A DNA stretch of 63,194 bases, filler included, from Candidatus Woesearchaeota archaeon (GTDB lineage Archaea > Nanobdellota > Nanobdellia > Woesearchaeales > J072): assembly GCA_003695265.1 (NCBI GenBank). It is 9 parts of 9 records of this genome, joined end to end, with 100 filler letters (N's around TTAATTAATTAA, not from the genome) between each part and the next. Parts side by side here need not be neighbours in the genome. Positions count along the whole stretch, not along the records: positions 28,887 to 33,281 come from RFII01000101.1; positions 33,382 to 46,433 come from RFII01000103.1; 7 more parts are not named here. The stretch is one strand, 5' to 3'. Position numbers and translations under genes: made by a program. Positions 28,980-39,715 of the stretch are shown here, piece after piece; positions within the stretch are counted from its first letter, which is position 1; each line of letters starts with the position of its first letter. The notes under the pieces are model-generated. The model was given only the letters and a program-made list of their open reading frames with translations. It did not search any database and had not been told where the DNA came from.

Positions 28980-30929
28980 ATGAAAAGAGGCGCGTCTCAG
29001 ATTGACTGGGTTATAAGCATGGCAATTTTCCTTATTTACCTTGCATGGTTCTTTATTTTCATAAGCCCTTTGACAACGCAGCCTGAGAGGTTTTCTTCTC
29101 TTATATCAATAATTGACGAGAATTTTAAGGAAAGTGTTTTGTGGGATGTTGAGAAGCTTCCAATAATTGTCAGTTCTCCGAAGGATTTTGAATTGGCGCC
29201 TGTGATTATTGATTTTGGGTTTAATTGGACTCCCAGCAATTCACGATTCAGTGATGGCACGCCTTTTGTTGTTGAGGATGGAAAAATGTTCTTTCTGAAA
29301 GATCTTTCTAATGGGAGCAACGTGTTTTGGCTGAGCCATTCTGATTATGAGTATGAGCCTCCTGATTTCTTTTTTGATCTTGAGGCTAATGAGACTGAAG
29401 CTAACACGCCGACATTTAGGATTATGACAGACTTTTACATTCTTAAAAGACTTGTGTTCAAGGCTGTTGAGAGGATTCACTCAGCAAAGTATTACATTAA
29501 CGGCGTTGAGATTGAGGGAATGCTGCAGAACACAAGTTTTTATACAAACGGAATTTTTGCTAGGTATGATGCTTACACTGATCCTTTAACGCACACGAGC
29601 AGGGTTTTCGCTGATAACACAATAGTTTATTCGGAAATAAAGATGCAGGATGCGGCTTTGCCTGTTAATTTTTCGATGGGTTTTGAGCTGTTCAGCTACG
29701 CTAATTATTACAGCGACAACAGTTTTTTTGGCTCTTTTGACTTTTCCAGGAATCAGTGCTACAATTATTCTTCTAATAGCATAGACTTTTACAATGCTTT
29801 TGGTGGATTGGGTTTTGGTTTTGACAGAAAAGTTAATTTCAGCTTTTGCACTACTAATGAAACAAGGCTTTTCTTAAATATGAGTTTTCCTGTTTATGAT
29901 AATGCAACTTATGTAATAATAGCGCATAATGGAAGTTATGATGATTTCTTCTCAACACTCCCCTTGTTTGAGATATGGGGCTCAGACCAGGGAAGCATTT
30001 GCAGCCAGCTTCCTCCGGGAGAAATGTTTCTGAACGGGTCTGTAGCGTATTATTACAGATCGAACAGTGATGATGCAATGCTGGATGAGATGGAGGGTCT
30101 GCAGGCTGACGTGTTTGTTGAGGATGATCCCTTGTTTGGTTTAGATGCTCTTTTAAGCAGCATTTATAATTATGACTTGGTGGTTTTTGAGAACCCGCAC
30201 TTCCCAGGAAGCCTTAATGAAAAGGCCAGAATTGAGCCTTATGTTAGGAAAGGTGGCATTGTCATTATTTCAGGCCACCCTGACGTTGACATGTTGAACG
30301 TTACTTTTACCACTGATGTTATAAGCCCTAGGCGCGCAACAATAATTAGTGATGAGCCGCCACTAAGCTTGGCGCTGGGCGACCAAATCCTTTTTTCTGA
30401 TTCTGTATTTGTGGTTAATAATTCAAACACGAGCAACGCTTCAATAATTGCAGAGTATGATAATGGTGATGTTGCTATTATGAGATGGGATTTTGCAAAC
30501 GGAACAGCTTTTTACTTCAGCGACTTTGACACTGATTATCATGGCGGTACGATTCAGGATGAAGTGCAGAACGCAATAGCGGAAATGGTCGGCGTGCTTT
30601 GCTATCCTTACTTAGAGCAGAGAAACAATGAGGTTGGAATAGTAAGGAGGGTGTCAGGGTTTTCAGAGGAGAAGCTTCTGAATTTCTCAAATCAAAGCTA
30701 TGAAGGTTTGAAGCTTGATTGGAATTATCCCCTGCCAAGGGAATTCCAGATAGAGATATATAATTCAACTTTGGCTGAGTACAAGACAGGTGTGGGCGAA
30801 TTGTTTTTTTCTTTTGGCAAGAACCAGAATGATCCGACAGCAAAAGTTTTTGTTAGGAGTGAAGAAGACCATATTGTGGATGAGCAGGGAAATTCTTTTC
30901 CTGCGGCTTTAAGCATAAAGGTGTGGTAA
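28980..30929 (+). CDS. Large extracellular protein with class III (pilin-like) signal peptide
   Basis: MKRGASQIDWVISMAIFL; ends ...IKVW. Confidence 0.82.
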   Translation: MKRGASQIDWVISMAIFLIYLAWFFIFISPLTTQPERFSSLISIIDENFKESVLWDVEKLPIIVSSPKDFELAPVIIDFGFNWTPSNSRFSDGTPFVVEDGKMFFLKDLSNGSNVFWLSHSDYEYEPPDFFFDLEANETEANTPTFRIMTDFYILKRLVFKAVERIHSAKYYINGVEIEGMLQNTSFYTNGIFARYDAYTDPLTHTSRVFADNTIVYSEIKMQDAALPVNFSMGFELFSYANYYSDNSFFGSFDFSRNQCYNYSSNSIDFYNAFGGLGFGFDRKVNFSFCTTNETRLFLNMSFPVYDNATYVIIAHNGSYDDFFSTLPLFEIWGSDQGSICSQLPPGEMFLNGSVAYYYRSNSDDAMLDEMEGLQADVFVEDDPLFGLDALLSSIYNYDLVVFENPHFPGSLNEKARIEPYVRKGGIVIISGHPDVDMLNVTFTTDVISPRRATIISDEPPLSLALGDQILFSDSVFVVNNSNTSNASIIAEYDNGDVAIMRWDFANGTAFYFSDFDTDYHGGTIQDEVQNAIAEMVGVLCYPYLEQRNNEVGIVRRVSGFSEEKLLNFSNQSYEGLKLDWNYPLPREFQIEIYNSTLAEYKTGVGELFFSFGKNQNDPTAKVFVRSEEDHIVDEQGNSFPAALSIKVW

Positions 30930-30930
30930 T

Positions 30931-31338
30931 ATGAAGAGTGATAAGAATGGGTTTGTCAGGACTTTGGAGGCAATACTTGCCCTGCTTATAACTTTACTCT
31001 TTGTTATTTTTGTAGTGCCATCAAAGTCAGCGCCGAGCTATGAGGAGAAAGGTGTAGAAGTGCTGAAGCCGTTAGAGCAGGACTCTGATTTCAGGAATTA
31101 TGTTATTGGATTGGACAATAATTGTGTAAGAAGGAGTGATGGCATACCCCTAAATGATAAAATTAATAAATACTTGCCGCCTGTTTATGATTATGTTGTG
31201 TGCGTTTCGTACAAGGGTGATCTCGCAAGCCTGAACCTTCCGGAAAAGCACGTTTTTGTTGATTCATTGCTTGTTTCAGCAAACCTGAGCGTTTACGACC
31301 CAAAGATAATTCGTTTGTATTATTGGACTGCAGAATGA
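30931..31338 (+). CDS. Pilin-like protein with class III signal peptide
   Basis: KNGFVRTLEAILA hydrophobic N-terminus; coupled to upstream gene. Confidence 0.75.
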   Translation: MKSDKNGFVRTLEAILALLITLLFVIFVVPSKSAPSYEEKGVEVLKPLEQDSDFRNYVIGLDNNCVRRSDGIPLNDKINKYLPPVYDYVVCVSYKGDLASLNLPEKHVFVDSLLVSANLSVYDPKIIRLYYWTAE

Positions 31339-31562
31339 AGATTGAGATTGATACTAGGAATCCTGAAGAGATAAGGAAAGCCATAAAGGTTTTGTCAGCT
31401 CTTCTCGAGGAAGAAAAAGGAGATGGTAATTTCTCAGTTAATGAAGAATCCAGCAGTGCTTTTGGAAGCATGTTCTCTAATGACAACGCTTCTGCTGGGC
31501 AGAGAAGTCAGGATGGTGTAGGAGAGAAAAAGCCGGAGAAGCCGAGGATTATCCAATATTAA
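31335..31562 (+). CDS. Small hypothetical protein
   Basis: ATGA overlap; MKIEIDT...IIQY. Confidence 0.65.
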   Translation: MKIEIDTRNPEEIRKAIKVLSALLEEEKGDGNFSVNEESSSAFGSMFSNDNASAGQRSQDGVGEKKPEKPRIIQY

Positions 31563-31586
31563 AAATTGTTAAACGGGTTAAAGGGA

Positions 31587-32207
31587 TTAAAGCTCGATTA
31601 TTTTTCCGCTCTTTCCAACGTTTATGACGCGAGTCTTCCCAATTTTTTCTTCTATGCCTTCTGCTTCGTGCACGTGGCTGCACAGGAGTATGTCAGGCTT
31701 TAAGGTGTCAATTGCTTTTCTTACACCAGTGCTTCCTGGAAAGAATTTTGTGAAGCGCTCAATCTTGGTCCCTGCTGGGTGGACATGAGTTACCATTATC
31801 TTCTTGTTAAGGTATTTTATTCTATTGAACCCTTCCTTGAGGAGCTTTAGTATTTCATCTTCTCTCAGCTGCTCTAAGCCTATGTTCGCACCTCCGCACC
31901 CGAAAATTCCAACATCCTTGTACCTTACTGAGTAGCCGTGAATGTTTTTTATGTCATATAATTCTGCTAGGAAATCAGCCGTGGCAAATGTTTCGTGGTT
32001 TCCTGGTATTAGCAGGACTTTCTTCTTGTTTTTCACAAAGGGGCCTATGAGGTTTTCTGTTGACTGCTCTGCATATGTTATGTCGCCGCAAAGCACGACT
32101 AAGTCAACGTTTTCTTTTTTTGCTTTTTCAGCGAGCTTTTTTGCCAGGCCTGTGTCTCCGTGAATGTCTCCTGCGGCAAGAATCTTTAGCTTTTCTTTTT
32201 TTGCCAT
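31587..32207 (-). CDS. Calcineurin-like metallophosphoesterase
   Basis: DIHG, GDI, GNHE, HVHE. Confidence 0.92.
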   Translation of the reverse strand: MAKKEKLKILAAGDIHGDTGLAKKLAEKAKKENVDLVVLCGDITYAEQSTENLIGPFVKNKKKVLLIPGNHETFATADFLAELYDIKNIHGYSVRYKDVGIFGCGGANIGLEQLREDEILKLLKEGFNRIKYLNKKIMVTHVHPAGTKIERFTKFFPGSTGVRKAIDTLKPDILLCSHVHEAEGIEEKIGKTRVINVGKSGKIIEL

Positions 32208-32243
32208 TTTAATAGGACAAAAAAGAATGAGATTATAAATATT

Positions 32244-32819
32244 TTACCGTTCAACAATGCTTACCTTTTCTTCATGCAGTTTGATTAGCTTGGACGGCCT
32301 TCCGTCAATTTTTCCTGTGTAAATCATGAAATCAACGTTTTTTTTGATTTCAGAGTCGAGGTCTTCTAGAGATGTCATGAATCTTTTTCCAGCAATATTG
32401 GCTGATGTTGTCACTATTGGTATTCCAAGCTCTTTTACAAAGTCAGATATCCAGTGCTGCGGTATTCTAACACCTAAAGTATTCAGCCCGTTATTCAGTT
32501 GTTTTGGAACAAGATTTTTGTTTTTCAGTTTGAGGATTAGGGTGTATGGTCCTGGAAGCTTCTCAACCCATTCCTTCTCTTTTTCTCCTACTTCGCAGTT
32601 CTGGTAAATCCATTCCTTTGAGGGAGCTATAACAGAGAATGGGTTTGTGTTTCTTTTTTTTATTTTCCTAATTTTTTTCACGCATTCCTCGTCTAAGCCG
32701 TTGCACCCAATCCCATAAATTGTGTCTGTTGGGTAAATGAATATGCTTCCTTCTCTTATGAGCTTCATCAGCTTGTGCTTTTCATACTCAACTTCGTCTT
32801 TTGACAAGGTTCTCATCAT
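32244..32819 (-). CDS. tsaC: Threonylcarbamoyl-AMP synthase (YrdC/Sua5, short form)
   Basis: YPTDTIYGIGC, KKR..NP, PGPYT, TTSAN. Confidence 0.92.
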   Translation of the reverse strand: MMRTLSKDEVEYEKHKLMKLIREGSIFIYPTDTIYGIGCNGLDEECVKKIRKIKKRNTNPFSVIAPSKEWIYQNCEVGEKEKEWVEKLPGPYTLILKLKNKNLVPKQLNNGLNTLGVRIPQHWISDFVKELGIPIVTTSANIAGKRFMTSLEDLDSEIKKNVDFMIYTGKIDGRPSKLIKLHEEKVSIVER

Positions 32820-32980
32820 TTTTCTAAGAGAATGTTTAACTGTATTTAAATATTAACCCATATATTTTATATAATGAACCTCTAATGAACCAAATAATCA
32901 ACCAAACCCATTTTTGTTTATTACTTATAAGTGATAAAAATAGAAAGATTTAAATAGCCGAATTACTTATTATTCTTAGT

Positions 32981-33281
32981 ATGGAAGTTTTGGAGCAGGA
33001 TGTTGAAACGCGGACAAAGACTGTGTTATTTCAGGTTAGGGAGCTTGCCGACCTTTACGCTCTAAAGACTCTTTATGATTTCTTGTCTGAGCACTTGCCA
33101 GAGAACGGGCTTAATGCCAACCTGTTTTTTGGCGGCTCTATCAATACAGAGCGCTCCAGAGAGGTCCTGGCTTCTTCTCCAACAGCTGAGCAGTTAAATG
33201 ATTCAATCGATGCTGTGGTTGGATGCTATTCTGACATAGGTGATTGTGGAGACTTATCCATTGACATATCAATCTTGAAAA
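32981..33281 (+). CDS. Hypothetical protein (3'-partial)
   Basis: ORF running into gap; FFGGS..DIGD could be nucleotidyltransferase-like. Confidence 0.5.
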
Positions 33282-33381
33282 NNNNNNNNNNNNNNNNNNN
33301 NNNNNNNNNNNNNNNNNNNNNNNNNTTAATTAATTAANNNNNNNNNNNNNNNNNNNNNNNNNNNNNNNNNNNNNNNNNNNN

Positions 33382-34279
33382 CACTTATGCTGGAAATATT
33401 GAGAACTTAAAACAAATAGAAAACCACCCAAATTACAAGTTTGTGCAAGGAGACATTTGTGATACAAAACTTGTTAATCAGCTCGTTAAAAGGGTTGATG
33501 CTGTTGTTCATTTCGCTGCAGAGAGCCATGTTGACAGGTCAATACTTAAGTCAGATGTTTTCATAAGGACTAACGTTCTTGGAACACATATTCTCCTGGA
33601 AGCGGCAAGAATTAACGGAAATAAAAGATTCCATCACATTTCAACTGATGAAGTCTTTGGCTCCCTCGGAAAAGAAGGCAAATTCAATGAAAAAACACCT
33701 TATAATCCAAGAAGCCCATATTCTGCCAGTAAAGCAGCCTCTGACCACTTGGCAAGGGCTTATTTTCACACTTACAACCTTCCTGTAACAATAACTAATT
33801 GCTCTAACAATTATGGTCCTTACCAGTTTCCTGAAAAGCTTATCCCTCTCTTTATCACAAATTTGCTGGAAGGAAAAAAGCTGCCTCTTTATGGTGACGG
33901 CCTTAACGTTAGAGACTGGCTGCATGTTGAGGATCACTGCGAGGCAATTGATTTGGTTCTTCACGAAGGGAAACTGGGAGAAACTTATTGTGTCGGCGGC
34001 AATGCAGAAAAAACAAACCTTGAGATAACATGGCTTATCCTCAGCGCTTTTGGTAAAGGAGAAGATTTTATCCAGTTTGTTGAGGACAGGAAAGGGCATG
34101 ATCGAAGGTACGCAATAGACTCCACTAAAATTCAGGAAGAGCTTGGCTGGAGACCAAAGCACACTTTTGAGCAGGGCATGAGAGAAACAATTCAATGGTA
34201 CAAAGACAATCAGGAATGGTGGAAAAAGCTAAAAGACAGGAAATTTGAGGAGTTTGAAATCAAGAAATACAAAAAATGA
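33382..34279 (+). CDS. rmlB: dTDP-glucose 4,6-dehydratase (5'-partial)
   Basis: TYAGN, HFAAESHVDRS, STDEVFG, YSASK, DRRYAID. Confidence 0.96.
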
Positions 34280-35106
34280 GGAAAATCCTTGTCCTTGGCG
34301 CTAGCGGAATGCTTGGAAATGATTTAATGAAGGCCTTTGCTGATCTTAACTTAACAGGGTGGAGCTCAAAGAATATTGACATAACTAATGAAAAACAAGT
34401 GAATGAGAGACTCAGTAAATTAAATCCTGGTATTGTAATAAATGCAGCTGCTTACACTGATGTTGACGGCTGCGAAACAAACAAGGAAGCTGCCATGAAA
34501 ATAAATGGCAAGGCTGTTGGTTACATAGCAAAAGCTTGTAAGAAAACTAATTCAATTCTAGTCCACATAAGCACTGATTACGTTTTTGACGGTAATAAAC
34601 AAGATGGCTACAAAGAAGATGATGATCCAAACCCAATTAATGTTTATGGAGCTTCTAAACTTTTAGGAGAGCAGAGTTTAATAAAAAACATGAATAAGTA
34701 TTACCTTGTTCGGACTTCTTGGCTGTTCGGCGTTAACGGAAAGAATTTTGTTGAAACCATTCTTAGATTAGCTGGTGAGAAGAATGAGATAAATGTTGTT
34801 GATGATCAGTTTGGTTCTCCTACTTATACTTTAGACTTGGCAAATGAGATAAGAAAACTAATTGAATCAGAAAAAGATTTCGGCATTTACCACGTAACAA
34901 ACTCTGGCCATTGCAGTTGGTATGAATTTGCTAAAGAGATTGTTAAATTATCATGCAACAATTGTAAGATAAACCCAATACCCACAGAGAAATACCCTTT
35001 GCCTGCGAAAAGGCCGAAATGCTCAATTTTGCTAAACACAAAATTAAATACTGGAATGAGGCACTGGAAAGATGCCTTAAAAGATTATATGGAGGTTAGA
35101 AAATGA
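34276..35106 (+). CDS. rmlD: dTDP-4-dehydrorhamnose reductase
   Basis: GASGMLG, NAAAYTDVD, STDYVFDG, YGASK, DQFGSPT. Confidence 0.96.
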   Translation: MRKILVLGASGMLGNDLMKAFADLNLTGWSSKNIDITNEKQVNERLSKLNPGIVINAAAYTDVDGCETNKEAAMKINGKAVGYIAKACKKTNSILVHISTDYVFDGNKQDGYKEDDDPNPINVYGASKLLGEQSLIKNMNKYYLVRTSWLFGVNGKNFVETILRLAGEKNEINVVDDQFGSPTYTLDLANEIRKLIESEKDFGIYHVTNSGHCSWYEFAKEIVKLSCNNCKINPIPTEKYPLPAKRPKCSILLNTKLNTGMRHWKDALKDYMEVRK

Positions 35107-35816
35107 AAGGAGTTGTTTTGGCTGGAGGCACAGGCTCAAGACTGATGCCCTGCACCAAAGTAACGAACAAGCATTTGCTGCCTGTTTATAATAAGCCTAT
35201 GATCTATTATCCACTGCAGACTTTAATTGACGCTGGCATAAAAGAAATCTTAATAGTTTCTGGGCCAGGCCATGCAGGCCATTTCCTCAATCTTTTGGGC
35301 TCTGGCAGCGAGTTTGGGGTTAAGTTTACCTATGAAATACAAGAAGAGGCAGGAGGTATAGCACAGGCCCTTGGATTAGCAGAGGATTTTGCTGATAATG
35401 AAGCAGTTGCAGTCATTCTTGGCGATAACGTTTTTGAGGATAATTTCAAGGAAGAAATTCAATCATTCAAAAAAGGAGCGAAGATTTTCATAAAAGAGGT
35501 TCCTGACCCGCACAGGTTTGGCGTTGTAGAGCTTGAAGGCGATAAAGTAATTGGCATAGAAGAAAAGCCGAAGAACCCTAAATCAAATTATTGCGTTACA
35601 GGATTATACATTTATGACAATGAGGTTTTTGACGTAATCAAAACGCTTAAGCCTTCTGAAAGGGGTGAATTAGAAATAACTGATGTTAATAATCATTACA
35701 TTGATAAAGGCAAGATGACTGCTGTTAAGGTTAAGGGCTTTTGGAGTGACGCAGGAACGTTTGACAGCTTGCTCAGGGCAAGTATTTTGGTAAAACAAAA
35801 ATTAAATAAAAATTAA
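35103..35816 (+). CDS. rmlA: Glucose-1-phosphate thymidylyltransferase
   Basis: LAGGTGSRL, KHLLPVYNKPMI, EEKP, RGELEITD. Confidence 0.93.
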   Translation: MKGVVLAGGTGSRLMPCTKVTNKHLLPVYNKPMIYYPLQTLIDAGIKEILIVSGPGHAGHFLNLLGSGSEFGVKFTYEIQEEAGGIAQALGLAEDFADNEAVAVILGDNVFEDNFKEEIQSFKKGAKIFIKEVPDPHRFGVVELEGDKVIGIEEKPKNPKSNYCVTGLYIYDNEVFDVIKTLKPSERGELEITDVNNHYIDKGKMTAVKVKGFWSDAGTFDSLLRASILVKQKLNKN

Positions 35817-36131
35817 TCATTTCTTTATTTCCTTTCTCAGCATTTTCATCTCTTCTAGCTGGTCCTGTATTATTTTTTTCAGCAGCCTTGTCTCTTCTGC
35901 GTGCTCTTTTATCACAACACTGAGCTCCTCTTTCTGGTTTTCGTTGACTGCCGTGATTATGATAAGGAATATTAGGATCAGCCACAGGAAGACTGCTGAG
36001 AACACCTCCCAGCCTATCCTGTAACCAGTGATTATTAGCTCTCTTTGTATGAGCCAAAGCCCGAGAGCAGCTATTATGAAGCCTACTGGAAGAAGTATCC
36101 ACTCGAAAACATTGACTTTTCTCTTAGCCAT
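35817..36131 (-). CDS. Small 2-TM protein with coiled-coil tail
   Basis: Two TM segments; GGGTGG RBS. Confidence 0.7.
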   Translation of the reverse strand: MAKRKVNVFEWILLPVGFIIAALGLWLIQRELIITGYRIGWEVFSAVFLWLILIFLIIITAVNENQKEELSVVIKEHAEETRLLKKIIQDQLEEMKMLRKEIKK

Positions 36132-36147
36132 TAAACCACCCCTTTTG

Positions 36148-37044
36148 TTAAGTGATTATTAATGAATTATCTCTGCTTATTAAATCTTTCCCAAAAAACG
36201 TTGTTTTTGGTGATGAGCTTTCCAATATCATTTCAAAAAAGCTTTTCTTTTTTTCATGCTTTTTTATGACTGCTGTCTCGTTTATTCTTGACTCAATATA
36301 CCTTATTACTTCTTTTTTTCCGCCCAGCTCGTCAACTAGGCCGAGCTCTTTCGCCTCAGCTCCGAGAAAAAACCTTCCATCCCTGATTTTTTTGACTTGC
36401 TCGTCGCTGAGGTTTCTGTTCTCCTTTACTGACTCAATAAAGAATTCATGCACTTTGTCAAGGTATTCCTGGAATATTTCCTTTTCTTCATCGCTCAGCT
36501 TCCTGAAAGGGCTTCCTATGTCCTTGTGCTCTCCAGCCACGAGCCTCTGGTATGAGACGTTGTAATCCTGCAGGAGGCCTGAGAACTCGAGGTAGCTTGA
36601 TATCACGCCGATGCTTCCTGTTATTGACATCCTGTTCGCAACAATGTAATCAGAGCTGCTCGCAACCCAGTAAGCTCCGCTTGCTCCGCTCTCCCTTATC
36701 CAGGCAACAACAGGCTTTTCCGCGTCTTTCACTGCTCGTGCTATTTCGTCAGAGGCGACTGCTGATCCGCCAGGGCTGTTTATCTCAAGGATTATTGCCT
36801 TGATTAATGGGTTCTTGTCAGCCTTTTCTATTAGCTCAACTACTTCGTCTGAGCTCGTGACTTTCTCTTTGAAGTAGCCTGTCTCAGAGTTAGCCCTTAT
36901 CACTCCTGTTATTGGGATTTGTGAGACGTTGCCTGTTTCTGTGCTGAAAAAGCTTGCTATGACAGCGCTGACTGCCCAGATTATGAGCACTATTAAAAGC
37001 ATTGTTTTCCATCTTGTTTTACGGCGTCCAAACATGGTACTCAA
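36148..37044 (-). CDS. sppA: Signal peptide peptidase SppA (S49)
   Basis: INSPGG, ASGAYW, TGSIGV, GLVDELG. Confidence 0.93.
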   Translation of the reverse strand: MSTMFGRRKTRWKTMLLIVLIIWAVSAVIASFFSTETGNVSQIPITGVIRANSETGYFKEKVTSSDEVVELIEKADKNPLIKAIILEINSPGGSAVASDEIARAVKDAEKPVVAWIRESGASGAYWVASSSDYIVANRMSITGSIGVISSYLEFSGLLQDYNVSYQRLVAGEHKDIGSPFRKLSDEEKEIFQEYLDKVHEFFIESVKENRNLSDEQVKKIRDGRFFLGAEAKELGLVDELGGKKEVIRYIESRINETAVIKKHEKKKSFFEMILESSSPKTTFFGKDLISRDNSLIIT

Positions 37045-37495
37045 CTGTCTCTGTTTTTGACAAAATCTCGCTCAGCCTCTTGTTCTTAAATATCAAAAAT
37101 ACTGGGTCGAGGAACATGAGTATTACAAAGGGGAAAAAAGGCACTATCTCAAGGTTTCTGACAACAGCCTGCCAGAGTTTTAAACTTTTTGGTTTTACGT
37201 GAATTCTCATCACGTATTTGCCTATCGTCTGGTTTGTTTTCCATTCCAATAGCGCGAAATACATTACTGCAAGAGCAGAAACGCTTATCATAACCCCATA
37301 AACCCTGCTTAAGTAGTCAGGATTGCTTATAAGGAATTCATAAGTCTCTGCAAACGTTGAGGCGTTCGTGAATATTTCTCCAATAGCATTCCTGAATGGA
37401 CTAATCACAATTAGGTTTATTATTGACAGGTCAATTACGAATGCTAAGGCCCTCTTCCAAAGCGAAGCGGTCATCTCATGCATTGACACTTTCAT
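37019..37495 (-). CDS. RDD family membrane protein
   Basis: ASLWKRALAFVID, QTIGK, LSEILSKT. Confidence 0.85.
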   Translation of the reverse strand: MKVSMHEMTASLWKRALAFVIDLSIINLIVISPFRNAIGEIFTNASTFAETYEFLISNPDYLSRVYGVMISVSALAVMYFALLEWKTNQTIGKYVMRIHVKPKSLKLWQAVVRNLEIVPFFPFVILMFLDPVFLIFKNKRLSEILSKTETVEYHVWTP

Positions 37496-37569
37496 GGGTT
37501 ATGCAATATGTCATTCATATTTAAAACTATTGGCAAAATATTTATAGCGGAGCATAAAACCACGCTTTT

Positions 37570-38439
37570 ATGGAATACTGCGACTTGCAAATTCATTCAA
37601 CAGCGTCTGACGGCAGCTTAACGCCCTTCCAACTAGTCAAGAAAGCAAAAGAGCTTGGCTTGAAAGCAATTTCTATAACAGACCATGATACCATAGCAGG
37701 ATTGGATGAGGCAATCCAAGCTGGCAAAGAATTTGGCGTGGAAATCATTCCAGGAGTCGAGCTTAGCGTAAAGTTTCACGGCAAAGAGATTCATTTGCTA
37801 GGCTACATGTTTGACAAGGACAACGCTTTTCTAAGGAAAAAGCTGGGTGAATTCCAGAAAAAAAGGGTTGGGAGGATTAAAAGAATCGTTGAGAAAGTGA
37901 ATTCTTACTTAGTAAAAGAAGGCAAGCCAACCCTTGACTTTAATGAAATGATTAAAGGAGTGTCTGGCTCTGCTGCAAGGCCTCACTTAGCAAGGTACAT
38001 GGTCAAGAAAGGGCTTGTCAAGGATTGGGATGAGGCTTTTGACAAGTACCTTGTGAGGTTCAATTCTCCTAAGTACAATCTCAGTGTTGAAGAGGCTGTT
38101 GAACTAATGGCTAAAAGCGGCGGAAAGCTTTTCATAGCACATCCTGGCTCTGCAAGAAAGTCATTAACAGAAATAACTCCTGACTTAAATGCGCAGAAAA
38201 AACTTATCAGGGAATTGGCAGGTCTTGGAATTAAAGGAATTGAATGTTATTACCCTGACCATGATGAGAAGGCCAAAAGCTTTTACTTGTCAACAGCAAA
38301 AGAGCTCGGCTTATTAACTTCAGGAGGCTCTGACTGGCACGGGCCTGATTCACCACATTCAATGATGGGCTCAATAAAAGCGCCGTATAACCTTATTTTA
38401 AAAATAAAAAGGGGTTCAAAGGAGCATCCTCTTTTGTAA
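37570..38439 (+). CDS. PHP domain protein (TrpH/YciV-like)
   Basis: DLQIHSTASDG, ITDHD, HLLGY, RPHLA, GGSDWHG. Confidence 0.92.
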   Translation: MEYCDLQIHSTASDGSLTPFQLVKKAKELGLKAISITDHDTIAGLDEAIQAGKEFGVEIIPGVELSVKFHGKEIHLLGYMFDKDNAFLRKKLGEFQKKRVGRIKRIVEKVNSYLVKEGKPTLDFNEMIKGVSGSAARPHLARYMVKKGLVKDWDEAFDKYLVRFNSPKYNLSVEEAVELMAKSGGKLFIAHPGSARKSLTEITPDLNAQKKLIRELAGLGIKGIECYYPDHDEKAKSFYLSTAKELGLLTSGGSDWHGPDSPHSMMGSIKAPYNLILKIKRGSKEHPLL

Positions 38440-38519
38440 AAAATAAAAAATTTAAAAACTAATTTTATGTTTTCTTTACCCAAAACCTTATAAACTCCCA
38501 TATTTTTTTATTGTGAAAG

Positions 38520-38870
38520 ATGTATAAAAAGCATAAAAAAGACAACCTGTCACCAGAAGAAAGAATTCAGGAAGAGATAAGAAGAGTCAAGCTGCCCAGA
38601 GGAAATCAAACCTTTGGAATACTTGAGCAGAGATTAGGAGCAAGCAGGATGAGGGTGCGCTGCTTGGACGGAAAAACAAGGGTTTGCAGGGTTCCTGGTA
38701 GGCTAAAGAGGCGACTCTGGGTGAGAGAAGGGGACATACTGTTAATTGAGCCGTGGGACTTGAGCGGCGACGAAAAGGGAGATGTTATTTTTAAGTACAA
38801 GCCAAGCCAGATAGGTTTCCTAAAAAGGAAAGGCTTGCTGAAAGGATTGGATGAGTTTGAAGAGTTCTAG
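38520..38870 (+). CDS. eif1a: Translation initiation factor aIF-1A
   Basis: VRCLDGKTRVCRVPGRLKRRLWVREGD. Confidence 0.95.
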   Translation: MYKKHKKDNLSPEERIQEEIRRVKLPRGNQTFGILEQRLGASRMRVRCLDGKTRVCRVPGRLKRRLWVREGDILLIEPWDLSGDEKGDVIFKYKPSQIGFLKRKGLLKGLDEFEEF

Positions 38871-39643
38871 TGTGTGAGATATGCTGTTAGAAGAGCAATT
38901 GCAAAAACCGTGTTTATCAAGAACCCTTTCCTGACCTTTTCCTTGTTCTCTTTGCCGAGCAAAAACACGAGAATTGAAACCGCTAAGTAGCCGCCTAAAT
39001 GCGCAAAATGGCCTATGTTGTCATTAGTTGGAAGAAGCACTCCTGTTATGTCCAAAATTATTGCAGACCATCCAAGAATTATTACAGGGATTGGTATTCC
39101 AAAGATAAATGTGAAGTAAAACGGGTCAATGAGGATTGCGGTCGAGATTAATCCTGCTATTGCGCCGCTAGCCCCTATCCCTCCCTGGCCGAACAGCGCA
39201 GCAAAAAAAGAGGATATTATTGCTGACCCAAAATAAATTATGAGCATGAGGAAAGGGCCGAGCCTTTTCTCAACAATCCTTCCGAACACGAACAGGAACA
39301 GCATGTTTCCTGCGAGGTGCAAAAGGCTTGCGTGCAAAAACCAGGAGCTTGCCATTGGAGCAAAGTTAAGCTGCGCTAATTGCTCGGGCCTGAACGCGTA
39401 TTGCAACAACTGCTTTTCGCTGATAAAGAACACTTCAGCAATAAAAACAAGAATATTAATTATTATAAGAGTTGCTGTAGTCTTGGCAGCTAACAAAAAT
39501 CTTGCTAAATCCCTGACTGGCTCAAGCAGTACTCCCAGCTTCTCCTTCCCTAGCAAAACCTTAATCAGCGTTAGCGGCAAGAGAAGAATAAATAAAACCT
39601 GCTTTAACGTGAATTTTGCCTCTGACTCAATCTCTTTTTTCAT
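38867..39643 (-). CDS. Rhomboid intramembrane serine protease
   Basis: HLAGNM, GASGA, AHLGG. Confidence 0.93.
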   Translation of the reverse strand: MKKEIESEAKFTLKQVLFILLLPLTLIKVLLGKEKLGVLLEPVRDLARFLLAAKTTATLIIINILVFIAEVFFISEKQLLQYAFRPEQLAQLNFAPMASSWFLHASLLHLAGNMLFLFVFGRIVEKRLGPFLMLIIYFGSAIISSFFAALFGQGGIGASGAIAGLISTAILIDPFYFTFIFGIPIPVIILGWSAIILDITGVLLPTNDNIGHFAHLGGYLAVSILVFLLGKENKEKVRKGFLINTVFAIALLTAYLTH

Positions 39644-39715
39644 ACTGAGAAAATAATCTGCCTTGTTTATTAAATTTCCGACATTTTTATATATTTTTCA
39701 AGATTCTTTCAGCTT

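Noticed and set aside
33382..35816. rml cluster apparently lacking rmlC
   Set aside because: The contig begins inside rmlB, so the absence cannot be judged.
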